The position numbers were made by a program, and so were the translations under genes. Below, piece after piece: positions 8,971 to 18,622 of a stretch of 64,000 bases of DNA. Under the pieces are notes generated by a model. That model saw only the letters and a program-made list of their open reading frames with translations. It ran no database searches and had not been told where the DNA came from. The stretch spans positions 544,001 through 608,000 of the forward strand of contig OZ253665.1 of NCBI GenBank assembly GCA_965263295.1. Reading direction: 5' to 3'. Position 1 is the stretch's first letter, and every line of letters begins with the position of its first letter. The stretch comes from Spirochaetia bacterium. Lineage in GTDB: Bacteria; Spirochaetota; Spirochaetia; SP-2023.

Positions 8971-11900
8971 GTCGCGCCCTTTACGGGCGCGTGAATTGAA
9001 ACTTGTCTTTTAATAAATCGTCATCGTCTTCATCATGTCGCGCCCTTTACGGGCGCGTGAATTGAAACTTCGCAGCGCTCCCGCCAGTATTGTTGCGTGT
9101 AGGTCGCGCCCTTTACGGGCGCGTGAATTGAAACAGGGGCTTGGGAATCCGCCGAGCCATTGCCTGAGTCGCGCCCTTTACGGGCGCGTGAATTGAAACA
9201 ATGATGTTCCGTATTTCGAAGATAAGGTTTTCGTCGCGCCCTTTACGGGCGCGTGAATTGAAACATCGACAAGAGCAATCATATGAGGGCCTCGGTGGGT
9301 CGCGCCCTTTACGGGCGCGTGAATTGAAACGCTCTAAGATGCCATGCATATCCAGGGCCGCCAGGTCGCGCCCTTTACGGGCGCGTGAATTGAAACCCCG
9401 GCAAAGCGAATAGGAGAACTGTCATGACGGGTCGCGCCCTTTACGGGCGCGTGAATTGAAACGCCGGAGATATCAAGGACTCACTGCAAAGTATTGGTCG
9501 CGCCCTTTACGGGCGCGTGAATTGAAACGCCGGAGATATCAAGGACTCACTGCAAAGTATTGGTCGCGCCCTTTACGGGCGCGTGAATTGAAACCGTCTC
9601 CGCCGTTCAGGGGCCGATTGATGGCGCCGTCGCGCCCTTTACGGGCGCGTGAATTGAAACTCACGATTGATTACTAAAATATCATGCTTAGATTGTCGCG
9701 CCCTTTACGGGCGCGTGAATTGAAACGGTATAGTCGGCCTTGGTCCCTAGAGTTATACTTGTCGCGCCCTTTACGGGCGCGTGAATTGAAACATTTGCCG
9801 TCGCATGTCTGGCACGGCAGCGTCATGTCGCGCCCTTTACGGGCGCGTGAATTGAAACGTAGGCTTTGTGCGTATATATATAAGGGGGATGTCGCGCCCT
9901 TTACGGGCGCGTGAATTGAAACCATGCGATTAAAGGCCGCAATGTATTGCTCTTTCGTCGCGCCCTTTACGGGCGCGTGAATTGAAACCACCTCTGAATA
10001 ATCGGGCAGCTGCAGTGCGCTCGTCGCGCCCTTTACGGGCGCGTGAATTGAAACGTAACTACAGTCTGGGTCAAGCCAGAAACTTATGGTCGCGCCCTTT
10101 ACGGGCGCGTGAATTGAAACAATAACCGATACAACATTTTCGCAAAAAGCTTCTTGTCGCGCCCTTTACGGGCGCGTGAATTGAAACACTAATATACATA
10201 ACTTCTGGCAAACTTATATAGGTCGCGCCCTTTACGGGCGCGTGAATTGAAACAAATCTACTGAATCACGCCGCAGCTTTGGCGGATGTCGCGCCCTTTA
10301 CGGGCGCGTGAATTGAAACTGCTGGAAATACCTTACCATGAACAAAAGTTTGTCGTCGCGCCCTTTACGGGCGCGTGAATTGAAACTGCGTAACTTATTG
10401 ACATTTTTACCCCCTTTCAGGTCGCGCCCTTTACGGGCGCGTGAATTGAAACAACCTTGAGGACTTTGGTAAATTAAATGGATATAGTCGCGCCCTTTAC
10501 GGGCGCGTGAATTGAAACCATTTTGTGAGTTTCGCCCGTCTCAAAATCAAAAGTCGCGCCCTTTACGGGCGCGTGAATTGAAACAATAACCGATACAACA
10601 TTTTCGCAAAAAGCTTCTTGTCGCGCCCTTTACGGGCGCGTGAATTGAAACAAAACCACTTTTAAAAGCGTTTTTAAAGACATCGGTCGCGCCCTTTACG
10701 GGCGCGTGAATTGAAACGTACTGGTAGGCCGTGCCGATATCCGTTGCGATGTCGCGCCCTTTACGGGCGCGTGAATTGAAACTTGAGTTCGCCTAGCGAT
10801 ATCGTGATCGCATTCTCGTCGCGCCCTTTACGGGCGCGTGAATTGAAACCACGCATAGAGTGTAATCTTGGATAGCAGTACGGTCGCGCCCTTTACGGGC
10901 GCGTGAATTGAAACAATCTCTTGGCAATTGCTGGCCCGACAAGATAACGTCGCGCCCTTTACGGGCGCGTGAATTGAAACTGCCGCAAGCTGGAGCCTGC
11001 GGAGGAAAGCGGCGTCGCGCCCTTTACGGGCGCGTGAATTGAAACATTCCGGCCATCGCAAGGAATTCCTGCGCCTTGGGTCGCGCCCTTTACGGGCGCG
11101 TGAATTGAAACGCCATATTGGCCGTCTTGGCCATCACATCGGCCACGTCGCGCCCTTTACGGGCGCGTGAATTGAAACATTCCGGCCATCGCAAGGAATT
11201 CCTGCGCCTTGGGTCGCGCCCTTTACGGGCGCGTGAATTGAAACGCCATATTGGCCGTCTTGGCCATCACATCGGCCACGTCGCGCCCTTTACGGGCGCG
11301 TGAATTGAAACCCACTCGGCTTGAAGGTGCTCTCACCTTCTGCCAGTCGCGCCCTTTACGGGCGCGTGAATTGAAACAGCTGGCCTCGGCGGCGGCCAGC
11401 TCTGCTTGTGACGTCGCGCCCTTTACGGGCGCGTGAATTGAAACAGCTGCTCCTTGGACGTGCTCGCCAGTTGATACGTCGCGCCCTTTACGGGCGCGTG
11501 AATTGAAACTGCCGCTCGGCACTGTAGCGGCTCTCCAGCTCGAGTCGCGCCCTTTACGGGCGCGTGAATTGAAACACGTGAACGTCCCTGAAAGCGATTT
11601 AACCGGCATGTCGCGCCCTTTACGGGCGCGTGAATTGAAACCCTGCTGACAGTCACCCAGCGTTGCGGCAATACAAGTCGCGCCCTTTACGGGCGCGTGA
11701 ATTGAAACTTGAGTAGCTGCGCAAGCTCGTTCATGCGCCAGGTCGCGCCCTTTACGGGCGCGTGAATTGAAACGCCGTTAAGCTGTACCTGCTGCTCCAG
11801 CAGTTTCGTCGCGCCCTTTACGGGCGCGTGAATTGAAACGAGCTGGAAGACCTGGATAGACAGGAAGCATAGGGTCGCGCCCTTTACGGGCGCGTGAATT

Positions 11901-13083
11901 GAAACTATACACAAGAAGCATTTATGGCCGTTATGGGTAGTCGCGCCCTTTACGGGCGCGTGAATTGAAACTGGAAAAAGGCCTTAATATTGATAATATT
12001 AAGGGGGTCGCGCCCTTTACGGGCGCGTGAATTGAAACGCCTCGCTTGCGGTGGCCTTGATGCTCAGGTCTGGTCGCGCCCTTTACGGGCGCGTGAATTG
12101 AAACTTGGGGTTGTTGCGCGCGACCACGCGCAGCGCACGTCGCGCCCTTTACGGGCGCGTGAATTGAAACGTACTCAAACTTGGTGCGTAAATCCATTAC
12201 TCGCGTCGCGCCCTTTACGGGCGCGTGAATTGAAACGCGCTCACAGCCGCATCCAGCATTGCCTGGCACTGGTCGCGCCCTTTACGGGCGCGTGAATTGA
12301 AACTGTCGGGGTTCTTGCCTTTCAGCTCGGCGCGTACGTCGCGCCCTTTACGGGCGCGTGAATTGAAACTGAAACAAAGAGAGACCATGTGCCTTTCTCA
12401 TGAGTCGCGCCCTTTACGGGCGCGTGAATTGAAACACATTGTGCAAGGTTTTGCCTGCAAAATCCCCGAGTCGCGCCCTTTACGGGCGCGTGAATTGAAA
12501 CGACAAGTATATAGACATAAAAACCGATGCGGGAAAGTCGCGCCCTTTACGGGCGCGTGAATTGAAACAAGGGTAAGGGTGTGCCTGTCTAGCAATTCGC
12601 TTCGTCGCGCCCTTTACGGGCGCGTGAATTGAAACAAGGGTAAGGGTGTGCCTGTCTAGCAATTCGCTTCGTCGCGCCCTTTACGGGCGCGTGAATTGAA
12701 ACTTCTATTGAAAGATTTATTCATTGATGCGAAGATGTCGCGCCCTTTACGGGCGCGTGAATTGAAACTATAGGGTATACACCATCTGGAATAATCAATC
12801 TGGTCGCGCCCTTTACGGGCGCGTGAATTGAAACTAGGAACTGGCTCGGCGTCTCGCGTTTGAGGCGCGTCGCGCCCTTTACGGGCGCGTGAATTGAAAC
12901 TTCTATTGAAAGATTTATTCATTGATGCGAAGATGTCGCGCCCTTTACGGGCGCGTGAATTGAAACACTTAGTTCACCAGAATTGTTCCCTGTCCCCGTG
13001 GTCGCGCCCTTTACGGGCGCGTGAATTGAAACGGCCTGGCGCAAAATCCCTTTGAGGGCGATGTGCGTCGCGCCCTTTACGGG
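8971..13083 (+). CRISPR. Type I-C CRISPR array: 62 intact repeats GTCGCGCCCTTTACGGGCGCGTGAATTGAAAC, 62 spacers of 32-35 bp, and the 5' half of a 63rd repeat (13067-13083)
   Basis: Invariant 32-bp repeat with hairpin CGCGCCC/GGGCGCG and ATTGAAAC 3' end; repeats counted by hand. Confidence 0.98.
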
Positions 13084-13831
13084 TGTAACTTTCCACGAAG
13101 AATGAAAAAAATTTGCATGAAGAATGAAACGCCAATCTGAACCCGATTTTTGAGCTTACATGTAAAGTTGAATCGGATAATTCGCCGTCAACATCTCAAC
13201 CCTGATCTTGGTTCTGAAATCCGCCTTCTGCCCGCCCAACGGCTGGCGCTGCGCCTGTTATCGCAGCCCGCTAACCACGACAGGGGAACCACGAAAAGGG
13301 AACCACGAAAAGTACGAAAGGTTGCGAAAGGTCACGAAATTTAGGCAGGGGAGCTTTGGGCACCAGGGAAAAGCAGAAAAGGGGCCGGATGGACGACGGG
13401 TACCACGAAGGGCACGAAAAGTAGCGAAAAGGCACGAAATTTAGACGGGGGAGCCGCGGGGAAAACGATGGGGGGCTGCGGGGGGCGTCCAGGCAGCAGG
13501 CGCGGTGTTTTAGAATTTTTCGTGTTGTTCGTACTTTTTTAGTGTTTTTCGTGGTTACTCGGCCAGGGACTGTTAGCGAGTAACCACGAAAGTACACGAA
13601 AGGTTACGAAATCTAGGCAGGGGAAAGCGGAAACCGCACCCGGAAAATCAGTAAAAACGGCTGCAAATTTCTGCAAGTTTTTTACAAATTTCTCCAAGAA
13701 AACAGCAAAAACCTGCAATTTTTTTCAAGCTTTTAAACGCCCTGCAGCCACCCTTTGAAAGCCCTAAATAAAAGGCATCCTGCAACTTTTCTAACTTAAT
13801 TCCTGCTTTTTCATTCTCCATGCCTCACACA
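13084..13831. mobile_element. 748-bp non-autonomous element with TGT...ACA ends and 5-bp TSD (ACGGG), inserted in the terminal CRISPR repeat
   Basis: ACGGG at 13079-13083 and 13832-13836; CAYGAAGAATGAAA at 13094 and 13116, inverted variant TTTCATTCTCCATG at 13809-13822; no transposase ORF. Confidence 0.8.
13273..13630. repeat. Modular CACGAAA-type palindromic repeat cluster, copy 1 (inside the mini-element)
   Basis: Repeated ACCACGAAA..CGAAA..CACGAAA units and their complement; perfect 15-bp inverted repeat 13547-13561/13577-13591. Confidence 0.85.
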
Positions 13832-13851
13832 ACGGGTGCGTGAATTGAAAC
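13832..13851 (+). CRISPR. Displaced 3' half of the terminal CRISPR repeat
   Basis: ACGGG-TGCGTGAATTGAAAC matches repeat positions 13-32 with one C>T change. Confidence 0.9.
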
Positions 13852-13954
13852 ACGTTACCAGCATAGTGGCTTGATGAGGCTCTCTTTGCGTAAAGAAATC
13901 GCCTGCTTTTGCGATAATCTTATCCCGTATTTCATCGTCGATAGGCTTCCGCAT
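13852..13954 (-). pseudogene. 5' fragment of a probable TetR-family regulator, cut off at the CRISPR trailer
   Basis: AAAGGA RBS, then MRKPIDDEIRDKIIAKAGDFFTQREPHQATMLVT, resembling TetR helix 1; the frame runs into the repeat. Confidence 0.5.
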
Positions 13955-14129
13955 TTTTCCTTTACATTATTGTTTGTTTATGATAATCGTACTTGACTAT
14001 ATTGTAATTATATAAGATATTATATTATATCTTTATTTTTAGACAGAGTTTTTTAATATCTCGCCTGCATGGGATAAGGCTGCAGAACTGATTAGAGAAA
14101 ACATCTAGTCTCATTCATAGGAGCAATGT

Positions 14130-14540
14130 ATGATTACTGGTCTTTATGTCGCATTGTTATCATTTCTGTTAATTGCGTTGTCGATCAACGTCATTAAGGG
14201 TAGACTTCAAAAAAAAGTGGCGCTTGGTGATGACAATAATTACGATCTTCAGAAGCGCATTAGAGCACATTCGAATTTCACAGAATATACGCCGATTTTT
14301 CTAATCTTGCTGGGAGTGCTGGAATATCTTGACTTACCCTATTATGGCTTGCATATACTCGGCTTATTATTTTTAGGTGCTCGATTAACACATGCTTACG
14401 GCCTGACAATCGCGGAACGCATTGAAGGAGAGAAATTACTCAACAGTCAGTATCGCGCGTGTGGGATGGCTGGTACGTTCATGGTCATTGGACTTAGTGC
14501 CTTGCTTGTTCTAATACTGCTAATTATTAAACTGGTATAG
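14130..14540 (+). CDS. MAPEG family membrane protein (YecN-like)
   Basis: AGGAG RBS; IRAHSNFTEYTP and RLTHAYG motifs; hydrophobic helices. Confidence 0.85.
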   Translation: MITGLYVALLSFLLIALSINVIKGRLQKKVALGDDNNYDLQKRIRAHSNFTEYTPIFLILLGVLEYLDLPYYGLHILGLLFLGARLTHAYGLTIAERIEGEKLLNSQYRACGMAGTFMVIGLSALLVLILLIIKLV

Positions 14541-14584
14541 GTATTGAACGTTCTATATTGGTTCATGGCATTTTCAGCCATGAG

Positions 14585-15408
14585 CTAGGCTCAGGACTCA
14601 TTAGCTATTAGCTTCAAGAGAGCAAAGTGAAATATCTCTAAAAACGGAGCCTATTTATGAGCAATCTATTTTGGTTGAACGATGAGCAGATCTCGCATCT
14701 TAAACCCTATTTCCCAAAGTCTCGCGGTCGTCTCAGGGTTGATGACAAACGTCTCAGTATTATCTTTATTATCCGCAATGGTTCGCGCTGCTGTGATGCA
14801 CCGCCTGAATACGGCCCCTATAAAACACTTTACAACCGTTTTGTGCGCTGGTCACAAAACGGTGTTTTCAAGAATATCTTCAGAGAGCTGTTCACATCAG
14901 GCGCTGCACAGACGGGCATGCGGATGATTGATGCCTCCCATCTCAAGGTATACCGCACGGCATTGAACCTCAAAAAGGGCGGCGAGCCAAGCTTGATCGG
15001 GCGTATCATTCAATATCTTTGGAGCTATGAATAGCAAATTGCATGTTCTGAGCGATGGTGCAGGGCGCCGTTCTGGCTGCATCTGAGCGAAGGGCAGAAA
15101 AGCGATTTTAAAGGTGCGGATGTTTTGCTTTCTGAGTTGCCGGCGGCGCAAGTGCTGATTGCGGATCGGGCTTACGATAGTTTGAGAGTAAGAAAAATGC
15201 TTGGAGATCAGAATACTGGGAGTTGTATTCCCTGTCGCAGGAACCGTAAGGAGCCAATAGGATATTGTAAAACGAGTTATAAAAAGCGGCATAAAGTTGA
15301 GAATATTTTTGCTAAATTAAAAGACTAACGGCGTATTGCGATTCGATATGATCGTTGCGCGCACACTTTTAAATCGACAATTTACATCGTGACAATCGTT
15401 GAGCCTAG
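14585..15408 (+). mobile_element. Decayed IS5-family element (IS427-like, two-ORF transposase) flanked by CTAG
   Basis: MSNLFWLNDEQ...YGPYKTLYNRF; slippery AAAAAGGG near 14972; ADRAYDS; YKKRHKVENIFAKLKD*RRIAIRYDR with in-frame stop; ends CTAG-GCTCAGG and TGAGC-CTAG. Confidence 0.85.
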
Positions 15409-15620
15409 CTCATAATGTTAATTCAGAAGATGACGTTGATAGGTGATTAACGAGGAACCAGACATAGGCGCGAAGGTTGTGAAAGAGGCACAGAAGGTTT
15501 TCTGGGGTGGATATTCAAGTTATTTTTTTGACTCTGATGCTTATTTCTGGAAAGTGGCTTTCAATCCTTATTCGAAACCAGCAAAAGATGGATTGTTTAA
15601 ATGGGGCAAATGCTTCCCAT
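15409..15620 (+). pseudogene. VOC/glyoxalase-family pseudogene, 3' part, interrupted by the IS5 element
   Basis: Fragments LAHNVNSEDDVD and GAKVVKEAQKVFWGGYSSYFFDSDAYFWKVAFNPY in different frames. Confidence 0.7.
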
Positions 15621-15831
15621 AGACCACCTGATGCGAACCGGTCAATTGCCAGAGCCTTAATTTTCCATGACTAAAAGCGCCATACTTCGCTTATCCAAAT
15701 ATGGTATTTTAGGAGAAAAATTAGAGAAAAATGGGCTGTTTTTATAGAGAGGAAGTCAGCAAAAGCTTAGCTCAATGCCGGGCCTTTGTGGCTATGTTAT
15801 CTCGGGCATATGAAAGTTCGTCTGGTATCAA

Positions 15832-15918
15832 CGGAGAGAGAGGGATTCGAACCCTCGGTAAGCCGAAACCTACAACGGTTTTCGAGACCGCCCCATTCAA
15901 CCACTCTGGCATCTCTCC
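15832..15918 (-). tRNA. tRNA-Ser (CGA)
   Basis: GGAGAGATG...anticodon loop CT-CGA-AA, long variable arm, GGTTCGAATCC. Confidence 0.95.
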
Positions 15919-16028
15919 AAGATATTTTATTAGGGTATTTTAGTTCCGTACAATTTACAACCAGGGAACAAGCAGTACTATAATAAAAACAGCGGAGTGC
16001 GTCCAACGAAAAAACAAAAATATCACAA

Positions 16029-16889
16029 CTACCAACGCGAATTGCGTCTGGACTCGTTATCGGTATTTTCAGGTAGTGGCAAAACTTTGCGAATTAGAGA
16101 GGAACCTAGCTGTGGCGAAAGGCGATGTAAAAAAATGGCAAAAGCTTCTGAACACACCGCGTAGCAAATCAGGCGGCCGCGTTTGAGAGCGGACCAAAAG
16201 GTAACGGCACAACGCTTGGCGCTGATGCCGCGCTCGTGTCCCTTTTCTACAATTCCCAAAGGGCTGCCGTCACCTGTCAGGGCCGACTTGCTGATATCGG
16301 TGTTGATTTTTCCAGGGCAGAGCAGAGTTACGCGCAGACCCCTTCTGTAATATTCGGTTTGAAGGGCCATGAAGTAGCCGTTGAGCGCGTGTTTGCTGGC
16401 GCAATAGGTAGTGCGCAACGGCACACCAAATAGACCCGTGACACTGCTGGTGACCCCGATGTAACAACGCTTTTTCTCCAGCATCCGCGGTAACAGTAGC
16501 TTGGTCAGTTCAACGGCTCCCCAATAATTGACTTGCATTAAGTAGCGTTCTACTTCAATATCAGTACATAGCATTGGAGAACGCTGGGACATGCCGGCAT
16601 TGTGTACCAGGATGTCTAGGCGATCACAGTGCTGCCAGTAAAACTCTACGGCTTTTTTTAGTTCGCAAGTCTTACTAATGTCAAAGCAAAGCTCCAGAAT
16701 TTGTGCAGCCTCGCGACCTCGCTCTTGAGCCAGGTCGCGACAAATTGCCGCGGCCTTATTTAACTTCTCACTATTACTGCCGCAAATTACGATCATTGAT
16801 GCGCCTTGGTGTATGGCCTGTATGGCCATAGCCAGGCCGATGCCTCCAGAACTCCCTGTAATCCAGATGTATTTTCCCGCTAGTTTCAT
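16029..16889 (-). CDS. Short-chain dehydrogenase/reductase (SDR)
   Basis: TGSSGGIG, HNAG, YCASK. Confidence 0.9.
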   Translation of the reverse strand: MKLAGKYIWITGSSGGIGLAMAIQAIHQGASMIVICGSNSEKLNKAAAICRDLAQERGREAAQILELCFDISKTCELKKAVEFYWQHCDRLDILVHNAGMSQRSPMLCTDIEVERYLMQVNYWGAVELTKLLLPRMLEKKRCYIGVTSSVTGLFGVPLRTTYCASKHALNGYFMALQTEYYRRGLRVTLLCPGKINTDISKSALTGDGSPLGIVEKGHERGISAKRCAVTFWSALKRGRLICYAVCSEAFAIFLHRLSPQLGSSLIRKVLPLPENTDNESRRNSRW

Positions 16890-16924
16890 TTTCGAATCTT
16901 CCTTTTATATGTGCCTAATAAATG

Positions 16925-18604
16925 TTAACCTCCGGGCAGCAGGTTTTCCAGGTCTCGGTTGTCAATGTTTTGTTCGCGTTCAAGGCGTATGAGATTCTCG
17001 GAAGTATTCGTTACTTCTTCCACGCGCAGCAGGCTTACCGGATAAAGCAATAAAACTTGGATGTCAGAGTTGTTCTTGACCTTTGGTGTATTGGACTCTG
17101 TGCCGGGTCGCGAAATTTCTGCTTGAACTTCCTCATTCTTGGACTTATCTTCACTGTCGCCCAGCTCAATACGATAGCTGCGACGGTAGTCCTCAAAACT
17201 ATTGATCTCAATTAAATGTAGCTCCAGATAATTTTCCCCTTGCCATGAAAAGAGGCTATAAGCGCCTTTCCAGGTACTACCGTCGGGCTGGCTTAAAGTT
17301 AGTTTTTCAGGTTGAAAACTGTACTGTTTGCCATCAGTTCGTTCAGTAAAGACTCCTTCCAGTTGAAAGTCAGCCACGCCAATATCCGACATGCTCTGGA
17401 GCTCATAATCTTGATATTTTAACGCATTTATTCGTTTATATGTACCTGTGTAACTGCTGCCGTCGGGAGCAAACAGCCGAATGGTGTCAATATCTTCCAA
17501 GGTTACATAAAAAGATTTCTGAATGTTGGAAACATACTTGTTGCGGACTTGAATATTGAGACGATTCCACAGGCTTTTGATCATATTACTAATACTGTAA
17601 ACTTCGATAACTTGATCGTTATTGCGCAAGCCAATGGTGTCGGCATAAATCAGAATTTCATCAGCCTCAGAGTCAAAATAGATAAAGGTTTGACCCTTGT
17701 GTTTTGCATTCGCATTGCTTTGAACGTCTTGGGAATTGACCTCGCCGCTTCCCTGAAGCGGAGAATTTAGATTACTTCTGCTGTCGGTATTGAGCCACAG
17801 ACCATCTGTCGCGTAAAAGAAATCTTTGGCATTTCCCCGGTATATCGCCTTCAGGCTCTCAGAGAGTTTGTCATTATGGTCGATGGTCTCGACTTTGCGC
17901 ACCGTGAAGCTGCGCGATGCGGCGTTCCACTTTAATTCGGTCAATTCCACTTGGTAATTGGCCTGATTCAATAGACGTTGATGCACAATATAATAGCCGC
18001 GATGGTCAAAAGATATTTCGTAAGAACCATTGTCTTTCTGGTAGAATATTTGGCGGATGCCCCGAATATTTTTTTCTGCGCCGCTGACTTGTAATTGAAA
18101 GACATAGACTTGCTGCCGGTTACTTTGGCTGTCTTCTCCTGAGATAAAGATTTCCTGAATACTGCCGTCTCCCGTCAGGTCTTGAGTCTGTAGCGCAAAT
18201 CTTTCGGATGTAATTTTTAATTCTTCTTGGGCTACGATATGATAATCGGAGACTGATCCTTCAATGCTGGAGACAACTTGCGACGAAATTAAGAAAAGCT
18301 CAAGATTTCCGCGCTCAGGCTGACGGGTGATGACAATTTGTTCTTCTGTCGCTCGATCGGTTAGCTGGTGAGTGTAGACCTGGAGAGGCTTACGTCCTCC
18401 CGGCAGACGGACAGAGGGAGCAAGCTGGGCATCAATCGTATGATCCGAGGCTTTGCCATGCTCATCGTTATATTGACCCGTGTAATCCTTGCTGGTGGCG
18501 GTGAGGTCTGGTTCTGTATCGCCCTTGGCACAATTCCAGCTCAGAGTGAGCAGGAGCAGCAGGACACAAAAGTGAGCTGAGAAATACAATATATTAGGCT
18601 TCAT
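16925..18604 (-). CDS. Putative lipoprotein, possibly a spirochaetal pallilysin-related adhesin
   Basis: Signal peptide ending LSWNC; DLTGDG-type loop; family assignment tentative. Confidence 0.5.
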   Translation of the reverse strand: MKPNILYFSAHFCVLLLLLTLSWNCAKGDTEPDLTATSKDYTGQYNDEHGKASDHTIDAQLAPSVRLPGGRKPLQVYTHQLTDRATEEQIVITRQPERGNLELFLISSQVVSSIEGSVSDYHIVAQEELKITSERFALQTQDLTGDGSIQEIFISGEDSQSNRQQVYVFQLQVSGAEKNIRGIRQIFYQKDNGSYEISFDHRGYYIVHQRLLNQANYQVELTELKWNAASRSFTVRKVETIDHNDKLSESLKAIYRGNAKDFFYATDGLWLNTDSRSNLNSPLQGSGEVNSQDVQSNANAKHKGQTFIYFDSEADEILIYADTIGLRNNDQVIEVYSISNMIKSLWNRLNIQVRNKYVSNIQKSFYVTLEDIDTIRLFAPDGSSYTGTYKRINALKYQDYELQSMSDIGVADFQLEGVFTERTDGKQYSFQPEKLTLSQPDGSTWKGAYSLFSWQGENYLELHLIEINSFEDYRRSYRIELGDSEDKSKNEEVQAEISRPGTESNTPKVKNNSDIQVLLLYPVSLLRVEEVTNTSENLIRLEREQNIDNRDLENLLPGG

Positions 18605-18622
18605 TTAAGATCTGATGTATTC

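Noticed and set aside
10652..12469. Spacers 26 and 53 resemble the phased sequence near the mini-element end
   Set aside because: Only compositional similarity; no contiguous match.
9113..12922. Many short ORFs with SRPLRARELK / VSIHAPVKGAT repeats
   Set aside because: Translations of the CRISPR repeats, not genes.
13150..13597. Three short ORFs inside the mini-element, and 38310-38873/38326-38523 at the second repeat locus
   Set aside because: They translate the non-coding repeat modules; no transposase motif or clear RBS.
13852..13920. Possible further spacer and degenerate repeat after the displaced repeat half
   Set aside because: No repeat-like sequence about 34 bp downstream.
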